Assembly (NCBI GenBank): GCA_044892525.1
Contig: CM097888.1
Location: forward strand, 92,628,001-92,692,000
Direction: 5' to 3'
DNA: 64,000 bases
DNA from: Schmidtea polychroa
Taxonomy: Eukaryota
Translations under genes and position numbers: made by a program
Part shown: positions 12,637 through 27,600 of the stretch, in pieces
Layout of the letters: every line of letters starts with the position of its first letter
Position numbering within the stretch: the stretch's first letter is position 1
Notes under the pieces: generated by a model
Databases searched by the model: none
What the model was told of the DNA's origin: nothing
The model's input: the letters and a program-made list of their open reading frames with translations, nothing else

Positions 12637-15600
12637 AGAAACCGGAAAGGAGAGGACTATTGAAATAAAACGTACATATACGATTGCAATTTTGATGTAT
12701 CCTTGCCACAGTGAGCCCGCAATATCAGAGCTCCTAGAATTATTGCATCCTTGACAACAACTTTGTGATATCCATAAAGATATTTCCTCACTTCCTGATC
12801 AATTAAACAACGGTAATTTAACAAATATAAAGGAACAATAATAAAGCAAATGAAAAGGCACATGTGAAAAGCACACGAACAAAGGGCAAATTCTCATTCA
12901 CCATCAGTAAACATTACAAATCCTAAAATTTTGGCTCCTAAACTTCATTGAGCTATTTTTTTATTTTCAAAATCTTTAGTTTTTATAGCTTTATTCACAC
13001 ATTCAGTTAACAGCCCATTAGTTGTGTGCCTAACATCCGTGGTGGCCTTTGGCAAATTAGTAAGCATCTTTTTTTCTTACAATGATGAAAAACTGATTTC
13101 CAGTTCGAGAATTCCACCTTCCTGCCCGCCCTTCGATTAATTATCATCACCTGAAAACTCGTATGAAATATTATTCATTAAAAAATTCAACCCCCCCCCC
13201 CCAAATATGAATATGTATCTGCTCTCATACTAAATTTCATAATATCAACAAGGGAAACCCTGTCTGTTAACAACTGTAAGAAAATCCGTCAGTTATTGTT
13301 AATTGGATTCGCCATTTCTCACCAACTGTTATAAAATATGGGATATTCCATCTTACTCCTTATGATGGATGGAATAAAGGTGCAAACAATGGAAGTTGAA
13401 AACGTCACGCAGATGCATTGCACAGATAAATATAGAACAAAAAATAAACAATTTACAGAACTACAATAATTGCATTTATTAAAAAGCTTGAAGACTAATA
13501 ATCTGTAAATATATCGATGCGTATTTGATGCTTATTTGATGCTTATTTGATGCTCATTTGATATAGTCATCGGCTTCAAGCTTTTGAATAAATACTATCT
13601 CAAAGGGAAGGAAATCAGTGGGGAAATATGAATAAAAAGTTCTTATAACTACAATAATGGCTGGAAATGGGATCCTAATAACATAGATTACATTTCCATT
13701 TATTTATGGGACCAGAACAGACAGAATGATGCAGCAAGGGAGAAAGCGGCACAAGACGTAATTATTAGAAAAATCAAACGTTTCCAATTACTTTGGGTAT
13801 GAGATATAAGGAATTAATAAAATATTTTCACTGGACAACTATAAATTCAACGGAGGTGATCACCTCAAAGAATATTATGACTGGGGTTTAGCAACCAATG
13901 AAACCAACTACCCATTCCGGATCGCAGAATTATAAAATTACCACTTACACATAATTCATCCTCAAACGATCAATGAATTTATCGATAGGAAAACTGTGCT
14001 GATCCCAATTAAAAAAGTGCTTGACACCCTCTGCGTCTCACATAGAAAATGTCATCCAATCATTCATTTAATGTACAACAGAATACGGACCGAGCGGCAG
14101 CGGTGAGAAACTAGTGACAAATGACCATTAAATACAAATAAAGGACCAATAAAAGAATGATATTCACAGAATACTGTGAGCATTGGTGAGCAAATAAATC
14201 AATATGAAGCACATTTTTGCATCAGTGCTGTGCAGAACTGCAATAAAACAAAGAATTGACCATATTTATGTTGAAGAAAGGACATGGAACCGATTAAGGG
14301 CTGCGCTTTGCTATCAATGAATGCACTGTATAATTAATATGACTCTCCGCATCCTATATCTCTTCTTTCAGACTTCCTTATACACTTTTACTTAGTTAAT
14401 TTATCACTGACTTATATGAAGCCAACATGTATCCTCGTAAATATAAACCAAATAGAATTTCCTTGAGGCGAGTTTCATTGGCAGGCCTCAAATCTCCCTG
14501 TAAACTATTTTATGTAAAAAATGTGATGAAAAAAACTGTTGACAATCAATCTTCCATTTACTCCTTGGCAGCAAGCTTTCTAGTTTNNNNNNNNNNNNNN
14601 NNNNNNNNNNNNNNNNNNNNNNNNNNNNNNNNNNNNNNNNNNNNNNNNNNNNNNNNNNNNNNNNNNNNNNNNNNNNNNNNNNNNNNNNNNNNNNNNNNNN
14701 NNNNNNNNNNNNNNNNNNNNNNNNNNNNNNNNNNNNNNNNNNNNNNNNNNNNNNNNNNNNNNNNNNNNNNNNNNNNNNNNNNNNNNNNNNNNNNNNNNNN
14801 NNNNNNNNNNNNNNNNNNNNNNNNNNNNNNNNNNNNNNNNNNNNNNNNNNNNNNNNNNNNNNNNNNNNNNNNNNNNNNNNNNNNNNNNNNNNNNNNNNNN
14901 NNNNNNNNNNNNNNNNNNNNNNNNNNNNNNNNNNNNNNNNNNNNNNNNNNNNNNNNNNNNNNNNNNNNNNNNNNNNNNNNNNNNNNNNNNNNNNNNNNNN
15001 NNNNNNNNNNNNNNNNNNNNNNNNNNNNNNNNAGAGGATGTCGGCAACCTGATCTAACCCAGGAACAGTATTTGTCCAGAGTTTTTTCATAAAAAAAACT
15101 TGATATGCGAAGTCTAATTGTCCTAGTGGAATATTATTAGAGCTATTTTACTAGAAATGATTTACCATCTTTTAAGGGTCGGTGCTTCTTGACCCAATCA
15201 CTGAGCTGCCTGATAAAATCGAAAAAGAAGTCCCCCTCCGGCATGCTAATGGCTTTGTCGATACTTTTGACAAATAATGCGAAGCCTTTATAATCCTTCA
15301 ACCCAATTTTTGAGCAAATATTTTGACAGAGATCTTTGCATTTTGTATTGGAGGTGATCTCGAATGCCTTATTAATATTATTATTTTACATTTATTTATT
15401 AAAGCTAGAACATTTATACATAGATATATACAAAGATATTCCAGATATATTCGTGACGCATTGCATAATCACTAACCAATGGCATTAGGTTACGTAACCC
15501 ACACTCAACTGACCTATCACATTTCATGGCATAACTATTAATATTAATAAAAATATTATATTTGTGTAAGATAAAGATTTGACGAGAGGAATCGCAGAAA

Positions 15601-18600
15601 GATTTGTTGAATTCTGTATTGGAATAATCAGGACCTATTTGAGGTCGAAATGTTTCATTTTATGAATAAATATTGCGGATTATGGCATAGATAGTTATTT
15701 ATTTGAATTATATAATAATAATATTATTGTTATTATTGATTGATTAATTGATTGATTGATAATGCGATCTAATGAAGCCTACTTTGAAGTTCATTGGAGC
15801 GTGAATTATGTCCATAGCCGGTGATCTTGACAGTCAAATCCAACGAGGATGCTTGTATACATCTGCAGTTTTAACATTGGTTTTTACGGAATGTAATTAT
15901 TAGATTAAATATGGCTGCCAACATTGATGAACCTTTAAACGTGTTTCTAATAATAATGCTGTAATTTGTGACCAACAATGCGTAATACCATACCGTATTA
16001 ATAGCAAAGTGTCATGCTCTATAACTTGCGGTTGGTAATATATATTCAAGCCAAAGCTCATGCAAACTGCATCGCCATAAAATGTTTATAAGCATAAACA
16101 CTGTGGAATGCATCTGATTTTAGTTTATTGATTCCCTACCACCCCCTCCCCCCGGGCTCCCAATAATGATTACTAGCCACAGAACGTCTGGTATTATTTG
16201 AATCAAATAAAAAATAAAGATTTCGAATATTTATTATTTCATCGTAATAATATTTAAACAAATCACATCATAATTGGCACGAGGAGTTATTATAAGGATA
16301 ATTGATGGATAAGTAAACATTTCAACATATGACGCGTTAATATAGTCTCTTATAGTACGAAATTGTCTTTCAATTACACCATTAGTATTATGATGATACG
16401 GACTCGAAAATATCAACTCAATTCCTGCTGCCTTTGCAAGTTCTTTAATGCTATTTGCTTCGAAATTCTTTCCACAATCAACATGTAGTTCCTTAGGGGC
16501 TCCAAATTTCAATATCCAATTATTTAACAAAACTGCCTTTATTGTATTTTCATCTTGCTTTCTAATAGGAGTTAGAGATATGTATTTACTGTAATGATCG
16601 ATTATTGCACAAATATATTTTTCTCCTCTGAAGGTTTCTCTTAATGGACCGCAAATATCTATGTATATTTTCTCCATAGGTTCTGAAGCTTGAATTACTT
16701 GGGTTTTTTCTTTTGACTTTGTAGTTAAAACTTTGTTTTTCTGACATGCTTCACATATTGAAATAGTCTCTTTTACTTCATTTAGCAAATCTTCCATATC
16801 AAAATTGTTCCAAATATATTTCATAACTTTTTCTACTCCTGCGTGGCATAATAATAAATGTGTTTCCTTAATCATTTCTCGTCTTTTTGTTTCTGGTATC
16901 CATATTTAGTTTTGATTGGTATAGATAATATTTCCTTTTAACATATATTTATTATTTTTCCTTTCATTTATTTGATCTTTTATTTCTCGTATTTCTGCCT
17001 TATCTCTTTGCCATTCATTTCCATTATTTTCGGTCATCAATGTTAACAATCTAGTTTTTAATCGCCCTGATTTGGGATTATCATGGTCCATCAAACATTG
17101 TACACATTTGCCGCATGTATTCCTAGACAGCATATCTGCATTCGTATGCGCCGTACCTTTTCTGAACTCCATTTCTATGTCTAAACTGCTCAAGTAATTT
17201 ATCCACGTTTGGAACTGTGCTGTTATAGGCTTCTTTGTCGTTAACATAAAAGTTATTGCTTTATGATCAGTGCGCAAAACAAACCGCTTACCGTATAAAT
17301 AATGGTTGAAATGGCGACAGAAATAATATATAGCCAAAAGCTCTTTTCGTGTTATACAATATCCTCTTTCATGGCTACTCATTGCATGGGATCCATATGC
17401 AATAACGTGTTCATGCCCCATTTCATCTCTTTGTGATAATACAGCTCCAATTGTATCAAAGCTTACGTCTGTATCTAATATGAATTCTTTCTTGAAATCT
17501 GGAAATACGAGAATTGGCGCTGTAAAACTTTTATTGTTTTTAACAATCTCTAACAGTCTTTTATTTTCGTTTAATCTTAGAATTTCTATTGCTTTTCGAC
17601 ATCTCTCGTTATCTGTAATCTTTTCCCAAAATCTAGCTTTTATTTCACACACAAATTCATTATATCCTTCTTCATTTTGCTTGATGTAGTTTAATTCAAT
17701 TCCAAACTCTTTCTGCAATTCCACTCCGCCTATTATATCTGGAACAATATTTTTAACTATTATAAATGTTATTTTTCATTCCATATTACCAATTCTAACA
17801 TCAATATGTATTTTTCCGATAATCTCTAATTTACTATCATTTGCACATCTTAACATCTCATCTGTTTTTATGATTTTCACATTCACTAATTTGTCCACAA
17901 CTGCTTCTGCCATTACATTTACTCTTGCTCCTGTATCTAGTAAGCATTCCATTCTGTAGCCCTGAATTTCAAGAGTTGTACTCGGTCTACCTTGCATTTT
18001 GTCATAACTCAATTTCGGTCGTTTCCATTCATCTTTAGTGAAAATATTTTGCTCCTCTGATATTTCATTAATCCACCCGATTTCATTTCTCTCTAATTTA
18101 TCTTCTGCCTTCTTAATAAATTTATAAACTTTTTCATTTACTATTTTATTATTATATTCTGCTTCTTTAATTTCATTATGCTCTTCTTGATTTTTAGGAT
18201 TATTATTATTATTTATTAAAGATCGATCAGCATTAAAATAACTATAACATTTAAAATTATTTAAAGGAAACTTTTTAAAATTACAAATTTTATTACATAA
18301 AGGTTCTACATTATTATATATAAGGATTATTTACACTATTAAAATTATTATGACCAATATTTACATCAATATCAAAATTACCTAGTATATTGCTCCGATC
18401 ATTGCCTCCCGTGTCGAAGCATGTACTTTTGGGTGCTGAATATCCTCATATTTGTCTTCTGCATCATCTGAATACTCCAGTGGCATCGTCTCATCATTAG
18501 CTTCAATTGCTGCAACTGTTCTTCCTGGATTGTTGATCTTTTGTTGATAGCTTGTGGTTCGATGGGCATAATAATTCTTGTTTCTCATGTTTGAATTAGT

Positions 18601-21600
18601 TTGAAACTTCCTTCTTTCCAAATTTGTATAGCAGTCAATCTCCTTGTGTCCACGTAAGTGACATCTCTGGCATTGAATCGTTGAACATTCTCGCCGTACG
18701 AGGCCTTCAACTTCGCATGCCAAACGCGTCATTTTCTTTTTCATTTGGCATTCTCGACTAACATGACCAGTTTTTTTGCATGTCCAGCATTCCAATTGTC
18801 GGTTACTGACATTTCGCTGCTTGAAATTATTATTTCCGTTTACCATTCCTCTTTGAGCAACATCTCTGTAGCTTCTGTAGTTTTAAACAACCGGTGAAGT
18901 TTTCACAACATTAATATGGCCCATAATTTTGTTTACCTTTTCTAATTTCTTTATTGTCGCTTTTATATCTTCTGATGTTTTCAAATCTTTCATTTCGATC
19001 TCTTACACAGTTTGTAAGCAGGCATTTTTCTATTTCTTCTTCATCCCATTTGTGCGCTATTAATTTCTTTGTCATCTTTTAAATTTTCTCTATAAAAGTT
19101 TCGGCTGAATCTGATCCTTGTTCATAACTCGAAGCTTCTTTTAGATCATCCATTAATGATGTCGGTTTCGAAAATGCACATCGAAGTTTCTCTTCCATAG
19201 TTTTTCCTTCGGCTGCTTCATAATCTTCCATTAGCGATCTGTCAAGTAATGTTGTAGTTAATATTACCTGCATCCTAATTGTTGTTTTTGTCGCGCCAAA
19301 AAACCTTTGACAATCCTTGATAAAATATTCTAGATCATCGCCTTTGTGAAATTTCTCAGGCAATAGTCTGCTTATCAATAAATCCGTGGTCGTGGTCGCC
19401 ATGTTAGACGCAATTAAATTCAAATCTTCTTCAAGCATTTAATTTTATAGCAACTTCAAAATTGTGCCGTTTACTAGCGTATTTAAACACCGAGGCGTGA
19501 TAATTAATAATATTAATGTAATTACTGGTCATACATTTAATTGATTTAATTTAATATAATTTAATATAATATGATATAATTTAATATAGAATTTAAATAT
19601 AAAAATTTAACAGAAATAATTATTTCTACTAACTGATCTCACTTCTACCATTTAATCATAATAATTTTATATAGGGGTTTACTAACTCCTTACAATGTGT
19701 AAACAAATCACATCATAATTGGCATGATGAGTTATTATAAGGATAATTAATGGATAAGTAAACATTTCAACATATAAACAACATTCAATAATAATATTTA
19801 ATTGATATTTAATTATCACTTCATAATGATCAGAATCACATCGACAGTTTCCTTTTATCTATTTGTTCGGCCCATGTTGAAATCCTTGCAAACCATTTGA
19901 TATGGTTCCATAGTTACTTCTTACTTATTTTCTATCAAATTGTTTCATTGTCAGCATTTATGTCCATCTCACCATGATTTCACTCTCTAACCCTTCCAAT
20001 TGCTTCCTTATCTCATTGATGCTGTGATGATGGCAACCAAATGTCATCATTCTACTATTCAATTTCTGCATCATATATGATTCGAACATTCTCCTACGTA
20101 TCTATCACCTTCTGTTTCTTCCTTTATCATATCTTTCTAAGAGGTCTAGTCCTCATAAGTATCACAATCAGCACAATCCGTTTGCTTAACTTGTCAACTA
20201 TATCAAATATTTATTCTCCCTTTCCCAAAGCTATTGCAAAACCTTCCCATGGTTCATAGCATCGCCCAAGTTCAATTAATCCTTATTTCAGGCTCTATGA
20301 GCCCTTGATATTTATCAAACTAAAATAGACTCACTTGAACACTTTCATTTGGGAAATATATTTTATGTTGGATGAGCTTGCCCATTTGAACGGCGTTAAT
20401 TTCGATTGCATGAGGGGGATAGCGCCTCTGACCCAGTCTGGAAAGAACACAATTTATCTCTAGATGTTTACAAAACGATTTACTTCAAAGTTTTTTGTAA
20501 ACGAGTCTGACATTCGAGAGCTAGCGGAGAACTTGCGGACCTAAATACCTCGAGGAGTTCTCTATAAAGATTCGAGTTAGGGACCATGATACCAGTTGCA
20601 AGCCAGATTAATTCCCACCCAGCCTTTTCACTTTGACTATAGAAAGCATATAAAATCCCATCAAACAATCCTAAAAACTCACGGATTGGGATTAAATGTT
20701 ACCTGGGTTATCAACTGACAGTAGACCTCATCTTTCAGTATTTCTTGTTTCAAGCAGGGATCAAAAATAGATTCTACAATCTCAGTCGAGCTGTAATTCC
20801 TAGAAGGTTGGTCTCCCATGTAGATGAGAATGGCACTGAAACAGGATATTGCTTGTTGACAGAGATCCTCTTTATTCAATAATTTCTTTAGGAGAGGCAA
20901 CTTTAGCAGCTGGCGACTGTGCTGCCACAAATTGTCAGCAACTTGCTTACCTAGGCTCATGACGAATGACCTATTCCCACTAGCAGGAGTCCTAACGCAA
21001 TCAAATCCCATTTGTATAATTGAAATAAACATAATAAAGCATCAAACCTGAAATATATTTTACTAAATTCCTCCAACGTATGTTGATTCCCTTTCATATT
21101 GTTGCCGTTATTGCTAGGTCCGCCATCATACGCGTCTCCAAAGCTCCGATCACTAAACAAGGCAAGAATATTCTGGGAAGGGAAATTAATAATTGGCAAT
21201 ATGTAAACGATGTCAGCAGGGAAATCTCCATTCTCTTTCGTGCGATAATTCTCCCCATAATACCAATCAGATGTTGAAATTCCTCTCAGGGTGTCGTTGG
21301 TCTCCAATATCAACAGGTCGCCTTTCTCACAGGATAGAAAGGATAAATCTGGAAACCATAAATTCAAGCCTAATTAATAAATTTCCACGTAGGCAAATCA
21401 CCAGGTTTAGAGAATGCTTGCACCACAATTGCATAATGACTTCGCTCTTTGAGACCTTCAAGGAAAAATACAATTAAATCTCTAATATCTTCAGAATTGG
21501 CGCAGTTGAAGGTATAATTGCCTCCTTTCACAGTTGACAACGAAAGTGACTGTCCATGCAATCGGCTCGTGCTGAAAAAGTATATGAAATTCTAATTAAA

Positions 21601-24600
21601 TGGTTAATTATATTTATATTCATATTAATTATATTCATATCTAATTTATATTTAATCACCTACAAGATATACATGCATACTATTCCGCAGCCGCCACCGC
21701 AGCCGCCACCGCCGCTTATGCAGCTGCCGCAAATATACTAATATACTAAGACTTACTTAGAGGTTATGAAATTCATGGTCCTGAATGACTTTTATTAATA
21801 ACATTATGGTATTTGATACGACTTTGTTTNNNNNNNNNNNNNNNNNNNNNNNNNNNNNNNNNNNNNNNNNNNNNNNNNNNNNNNNNNNNNNNNNNNNNNN
21901 NNNNNNNNNNNNNNNNNNNNNNNNNNNNNNNNNNNNNNNNNNNNNNNNNNNNNNNNNNNNNNNNNNNNNNNNNNNNNNNNNNNNNNNNNNNNNNNNNNNN
22001 NNNNNNNNNNNNNNNNNNNNNNNNNNNNNNNNNNNNNNNNNNNNNNNNNNNNNNNNNCTGCTACAATTTCAGGGAAGGAGAGCTCAAGGTGGATGCGTTC
22101 ATTCGAATCAACGAGATAAACCCCGGTCCAGTTAACAGTAAATATAACTTCATTGGTATCCAAGGAGGGGCCTGAGAATTTGACGGCTTCATAAAATCTC
22201 GAAAAGAGCATTGGCCATTTAAGTCTTGCAAAAGTCACAATTTCTTCTTTCAATTTTTCATTCGAAATCGAATCTTTACTAGAAGTTTCATTTAAATTCT
22301 TCACCGCCTGAAACCCATAGGTAAAATATCCCCATGACGAACTCGTCCTCAATTACTTGATTGAGTAGGCTCAGCCAATATTTTTTCTTTTCTTTTGTCG
22401 TTCCGATGACGGACCGAGGAAGGTATTTATGGAGAATTTCCTCCGTCAAATCTGTCACGTTGTCGATCCTCAGTTGATAGGCGCACAATTTGCACATGTC
22501 CTTATCCTGCAATTGAAATTGGAAATATAATGTTTGAACTTCAGTATTCACATACGGTATCACATCGATATTCACCGAATTTGATGCCCCTCATGACCTG
22601 ATGGTAAATGAGATCTGTAGCAACACTGTCCTCACAAGCGCTATGCCAGGGCGTGAAAATCTCTTTGCGAAAAAATAATCTCCACTGTGCTTTTGATTCT
22701 ACTTGACCTTTTTCTTTAGCGAATTGTTCGCATTGACTAATTGCATCCATTACATGATCTCCACCACTGCCAATTGAGGAGACCTGTTATAATGTAGCAA
22801 TTACTAAGCAAATAATTATCTCTTTCTATAATGCTCAACCTCAATAGGCGAAGAGCCATATCAGTAATCAGCGATTTATTCGCAGACATTGACGAGTTGC
22901 ATATATCATATCTGCTGGAGAAAGTTCGGATAGTCCCCAAGATAAGAAGGTAATAAAAGTAATAAAAGGTAAATAAGAACAAGTACAATACTAGAGGTAT
23001 GAGGAAATCAAGGAACAACTGACTGATGAAGAGAAATGGAAGCTCCTAAACAGAATTCTCCTCAGCTGTAGCTAAGGGATAACCATAATGAAAGCGCTGA
23101 TTGGAAAGCTCAAATTTATTATCAAGGCCAAATCAAAAGGAAATATTCCTCAAAGCAATTTATTTGTCTGTTGATATAATCATTGATAACATTTAATTGC
23201 CCTCCTTATCAAGGCTATCAAGCATCGAGGGGTCACAAATATATTGATTATTCTATCATGGCAATATTGATTGGTCATAAATATATTGATTATTCTAGCA
23301 GTGCAATATTGATTGGTTATAAATATATTGATTATTCTAGCAGGGCAATATTGATTGGTCACAAATATATTGATTATTCTATCATGGCAATATTGATTGG
23401 TCATAAATATATTGATTATTCTAGCAGTGCAATATTGATTGGTCATAAATATATTGATTATTCTAGCAGTGCAATATTGATTGGTCATAATTATATTGAT
23501 TATTCTAGCAGTGCAATATTGATTGGTCACAAATATATTGATTATTCTAGCAGGGCAATATTGATTGGTCATAAATATATTGATTATTCTAGCAGTGCAA
23601 TATTGATTGGTCATAAATATATTGATTATTCTAGCAGTGCAATATTGATTGGTCACAAATATATTGATTATTCTATCATGGCAATATTGATTGGTCATAA
23701 ATATATTGATTATTCTAGCAGGGCAATATTGATTGGTCACAAATATATTGATTATTCTAGCAGTGCAATATTGATTGGAAACCGAGATTGTATTTGTGTT
23801 AAGTCAATATTTTTATATCATCAGCAATTTCCAGCAAAATTTGGAGGCAGATCGGAGGNNNNNNNNNNNNNNNNNNNNNNNNNNNNNNNNNNNNNNNNNN
23901 NNNNNNNNNNNNNNNNNNNNNNNNNNNNNNNNNNNNNNNNNNNNNNNNNNNNNNNNNNNNNNNNNNNNNNNNNNNNNNNNNNNNNNNNNCTCTCCATCAA
24001 TTGTGAAAGGAAAATTCATGAAAATTATGGTTTCCCCCCAAAAAAGAAAATGTCCATTCCTCACCTCATTCTCAGATAAAATGGTCAGCTTGGAAAATGG
24101 GGCCAAAACAAAATATTGTGAAATCAAAACTGAATGTTACCCAAATTCTTACTTTATCAAAAATGGCAATGAAAAGAGAAAATCCGAATTGATCCTTCAG
24201 GCAAATTTTCTGTGACAATATCGAGCATAATTCTTGGGCCGTTGACGCAGAATCCGCGAAAATCGTCTCCGTGTTGCCGTTCATACAAGCCACGGCGAGT
24301 ATTATTGGCTCTTTGTGTTTGATCGCCTTCAATTCTAACCAACTTGGTGGCTGATTTCGAGTTCCGTTTGAAAATGTTCGTTGCAACCGGAAAACAATAA
24401 ATTTCGCGTAATCTTTGAAATTCGTTTGAATAAAATTGCGCAAGGTCCTGACGAACTTTTCGGTCGGCGCAAAACAGCCAATACACAGGTTCAATAGGAT
24501 CAGACCTGGAAAATGAAGGATTACAAAGGGATACACGGGTCCTTTTACATACAACTGTGAGCCATATCACACACACACACACACACATGACAACTAAATG

Positions 24601-27600
24601 CTCCTTATTAACATGACCATACTGGTCACAACTCTATAAGGGTTACAGATATGGTCATTATTGCATTTAAACTACTATCACAACCTCCAATAATGTGATT
24701 TCAACATGTCTGCTGCGACACTGACACGCAGTGAGAGACGCCTCATAAAGCTCACAAATACGTTTTGCAGCTGATTTTCAGCAATGCATTCTATGCGATT
24801 AGGTCTCCGTTTGCAAGTCTCCTGAAATGCAAGGCTCGATCAATTCATATTAGCCCTTGTACCATATGAATCTCAAGGGATAAAATCTAGTGATCATGGG
24901 GCGATGCATTCAGTAATGAATGCGCCTTATTTTGATAAAGTGAACCTATTTTTGAAACTTGGCAAGTTCATGAGTAGAAGGTTCATACATGAACAATAAA
25001 CCCTAGAAAGCTCTTCAATTCATACGCAATTCAGTAACTAGGCGCCATGAACCTGACTAATGGGAAATATTTATAATATACAATCTAGAAGGATTCCGCA
25101 TGAGCAATAAGAGTAAATACGACAAATATATTATTCCCACCTCTACTCACGCTATCCAACTTCCCATTGTCCACCAACTGTTTGCAGATCTGACAATAGA
25201 TCTCATCTCGCAGCTCTGGAATTAGAATGCCATTTCCAATTATAAAATGCAATTTCTCTAAGTTTGAAGTCGGCCTCTCTTCTAATAAAGAACTCAAAGT
25301 CTTCGTATTCAGCGGATTCTCAGCATCCTTCAGATGATTGACAACTTCATCTGTGAACTTTGACTTCTTTTTCAGGGTTAAGGACACGATGTTCTTTCTG
25401 TTTGTCCTCATTGAGAGATTCTCGAATGGCATTCCATNNNNNNNNNNNNNNNNNNNNNNNNNNNNNNNNNNNNNNNNNNNNNNNNNNNNNNNNNNNNNNN
25501 NNNNNNNNNNNNNNNNNNNNNNNNNNNNNNNNNNNNNNNNNNNNNNNNNNNNNNNNNNNNNNNNNNNNNNNNNNNNNNNNNNNNNNNNNNNGCCTGGAGT
25601 GTAAAATAAATAAAGAATTACTATATTTAGAAACAGTATAAATAAAAATTACTGAAAATAAAAGATAGGTTTTATTAATTACTATTAATAGATTTAGGTA
25701 ATATATAGGAATATTTGATAATACTATTACTATATATAGTAATTATAAAATTACTATTAATATAATAAATAATTATAATGTGATATAAATACTGGTTCAA
25801 ACGAGAACCAAGGGACGATAAAAACATAGACGAGAAAATTGACGATAACTTGCGGACGAGAAAAACTGTCAAGAAAGTTCGAAAAGAAATTGAAACAATA
25901 ATTTAGAAAATTATTATCACTTTGAAAAAAAAACGAAAACGTGATTAGAGAATCACTGTGTTAATTATTTAATTTAGAAGTGCAACATTTACGATCAAAT
26001 TAGTTCATTATTGTGATTAAAGAATCACTGTGTTTATTTTAATTAATTTCAACGCAACTCCGAGTTGTTTAAATTGGATATAAACAATAGCCCACACACG
26101 AAGAAATTCCGGCTCCAATTTCAAATCAATATCAACGGAGAAATTCTACTATAAATTGATCATCAAATTAGTTGAGACGAAAAAAAAAGGAAAATCAGAA
26201 ATTAGTCGAGAGCTAAGAATATTGTCGTCACAGAATTGTAAAGAAGATTGGTCTACAACATTGTTTAAACATTCAGGTAGATTTGATTATCAAGGGATAA
26301 ACTAGTATCCCGTTAAATAGGTAAAATTAAAGCGAACACAAAGTATAGATCTTTTACTTTAGTGTTCCCTGGGAGCCTCAAAATCATTCCCTCTTACTTG
26401 CCCAACTCTTTTAGTCGAATTGCGATCGTTGTGCTACACAGGAGCCATCGATTTCTTGCAGGCTGTGGTAAACAGTAAGGATTAATAAATCCGTTTTCTT
26501 GTACTCTTTGTACATATATTATAAAGTTCGTTTTGTAAATTATAAAATACATATTTATAAACAGAGAAAGAGTTTGTTTTGTTTTTTTAACTCAGTAATT
26601 TAAATATTAAACGCGCAACCACATTAAATATAATTTATTTATATTCATTTATATCTTTTTTCATTTATTTAACCTATTGGAGTCATTTGTGTTAGGATCT
26701 ATTGTCCCCGTTTTTCGATCTTAACATTTTGGTGAGCCCGACGTGATCTAATTTACGGGGGGAATAAGAATTTTATTTATAAGAGGCAAACATCTTTTTG
26801 AATCATTGAGTTAAGAAATAGAAGGGTAATAAATTTAAGACCAGGTAATAGAAACCAGCAAATAATGGCAGAGATAAATAATTTACAAAATTTAAACGAG
26901 AATAATTTACAAAATAATAATGTGCCAGTAGCTCAACCACCAGCGGTAGATTTTATGAGATACCCAACAATTCCGATTAAACCATTTAGTGGAAATCCAG
27001 GGGAGTTTCCAGAATTTATGTCCGAATATTTTCAGTTAGCCAGAGCATTAGGATTCCCGGAACCGGTAATGATTTTGAGATTACCTTTATATTTAAAAGG
27101 GATGGCACGGGAAATATATAACGATGTTATAATAGCCGAGCATCCAGTTGAATGGAATGTATTACGATTAGCATTACAAAATAGAATATTACCGGGGGAT
27201 GCAACTAGAGTGCTGAGACAACAGTTTTATAACAGGCGACAAAATTCGGGTGAGCATGTTGGGGAATTTTCATATCAAATAATGATGTTGGCAGAGAGAG
27301 CATTTGGTAATAGGGCAGCCTGGAATGATGCAACTAGAGCATTAGTAAAAGATCAGTTTTGGTCTGGGTTATCGTCAGCAATGAGAAATGCACTCAGTTT
27401 ACACATAGGAGATAATTTAGAGGAATTAACTCGTAAAGCGTGTTTAATTGAGAGTAGCATTGAGAAGTCAAACAATTTTGCAATTAGTAGCAACAAGTCA
27501 GACATTGAGTGTTTTAATTGTCATAAAAAGGGACATATGTCAAAAGATTGTAAAAGTAGGAATAATTCTCCAGGGGACAAATTATGTACCAAGTGTGGGA

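Noticed and set aside
19800-20260. Purine-skewed decayed coding-like tracts here and at 22860-23160 and 58000-59300
   Set aside because: Probably old TE fragments, but no diagnostic motif could be read, so no family was assigned.
23180-24079. Repetitive-protein ORFs here and at 44600-45853, 52306-53165 and 56040-57281
   Set aside because: Translations of intronic tandem repeats whose unit is a multiple of 3; open on several frames or strands, with no gene context.
25675-25872. 65-aa minus-strand ORF duplicated at 39768-39965, and short antisense ORFs across the LTR element
   Set aside because: Incidental frames within the LTR or antisense to the polyprotein; useful only as confirmation of LTR identity.
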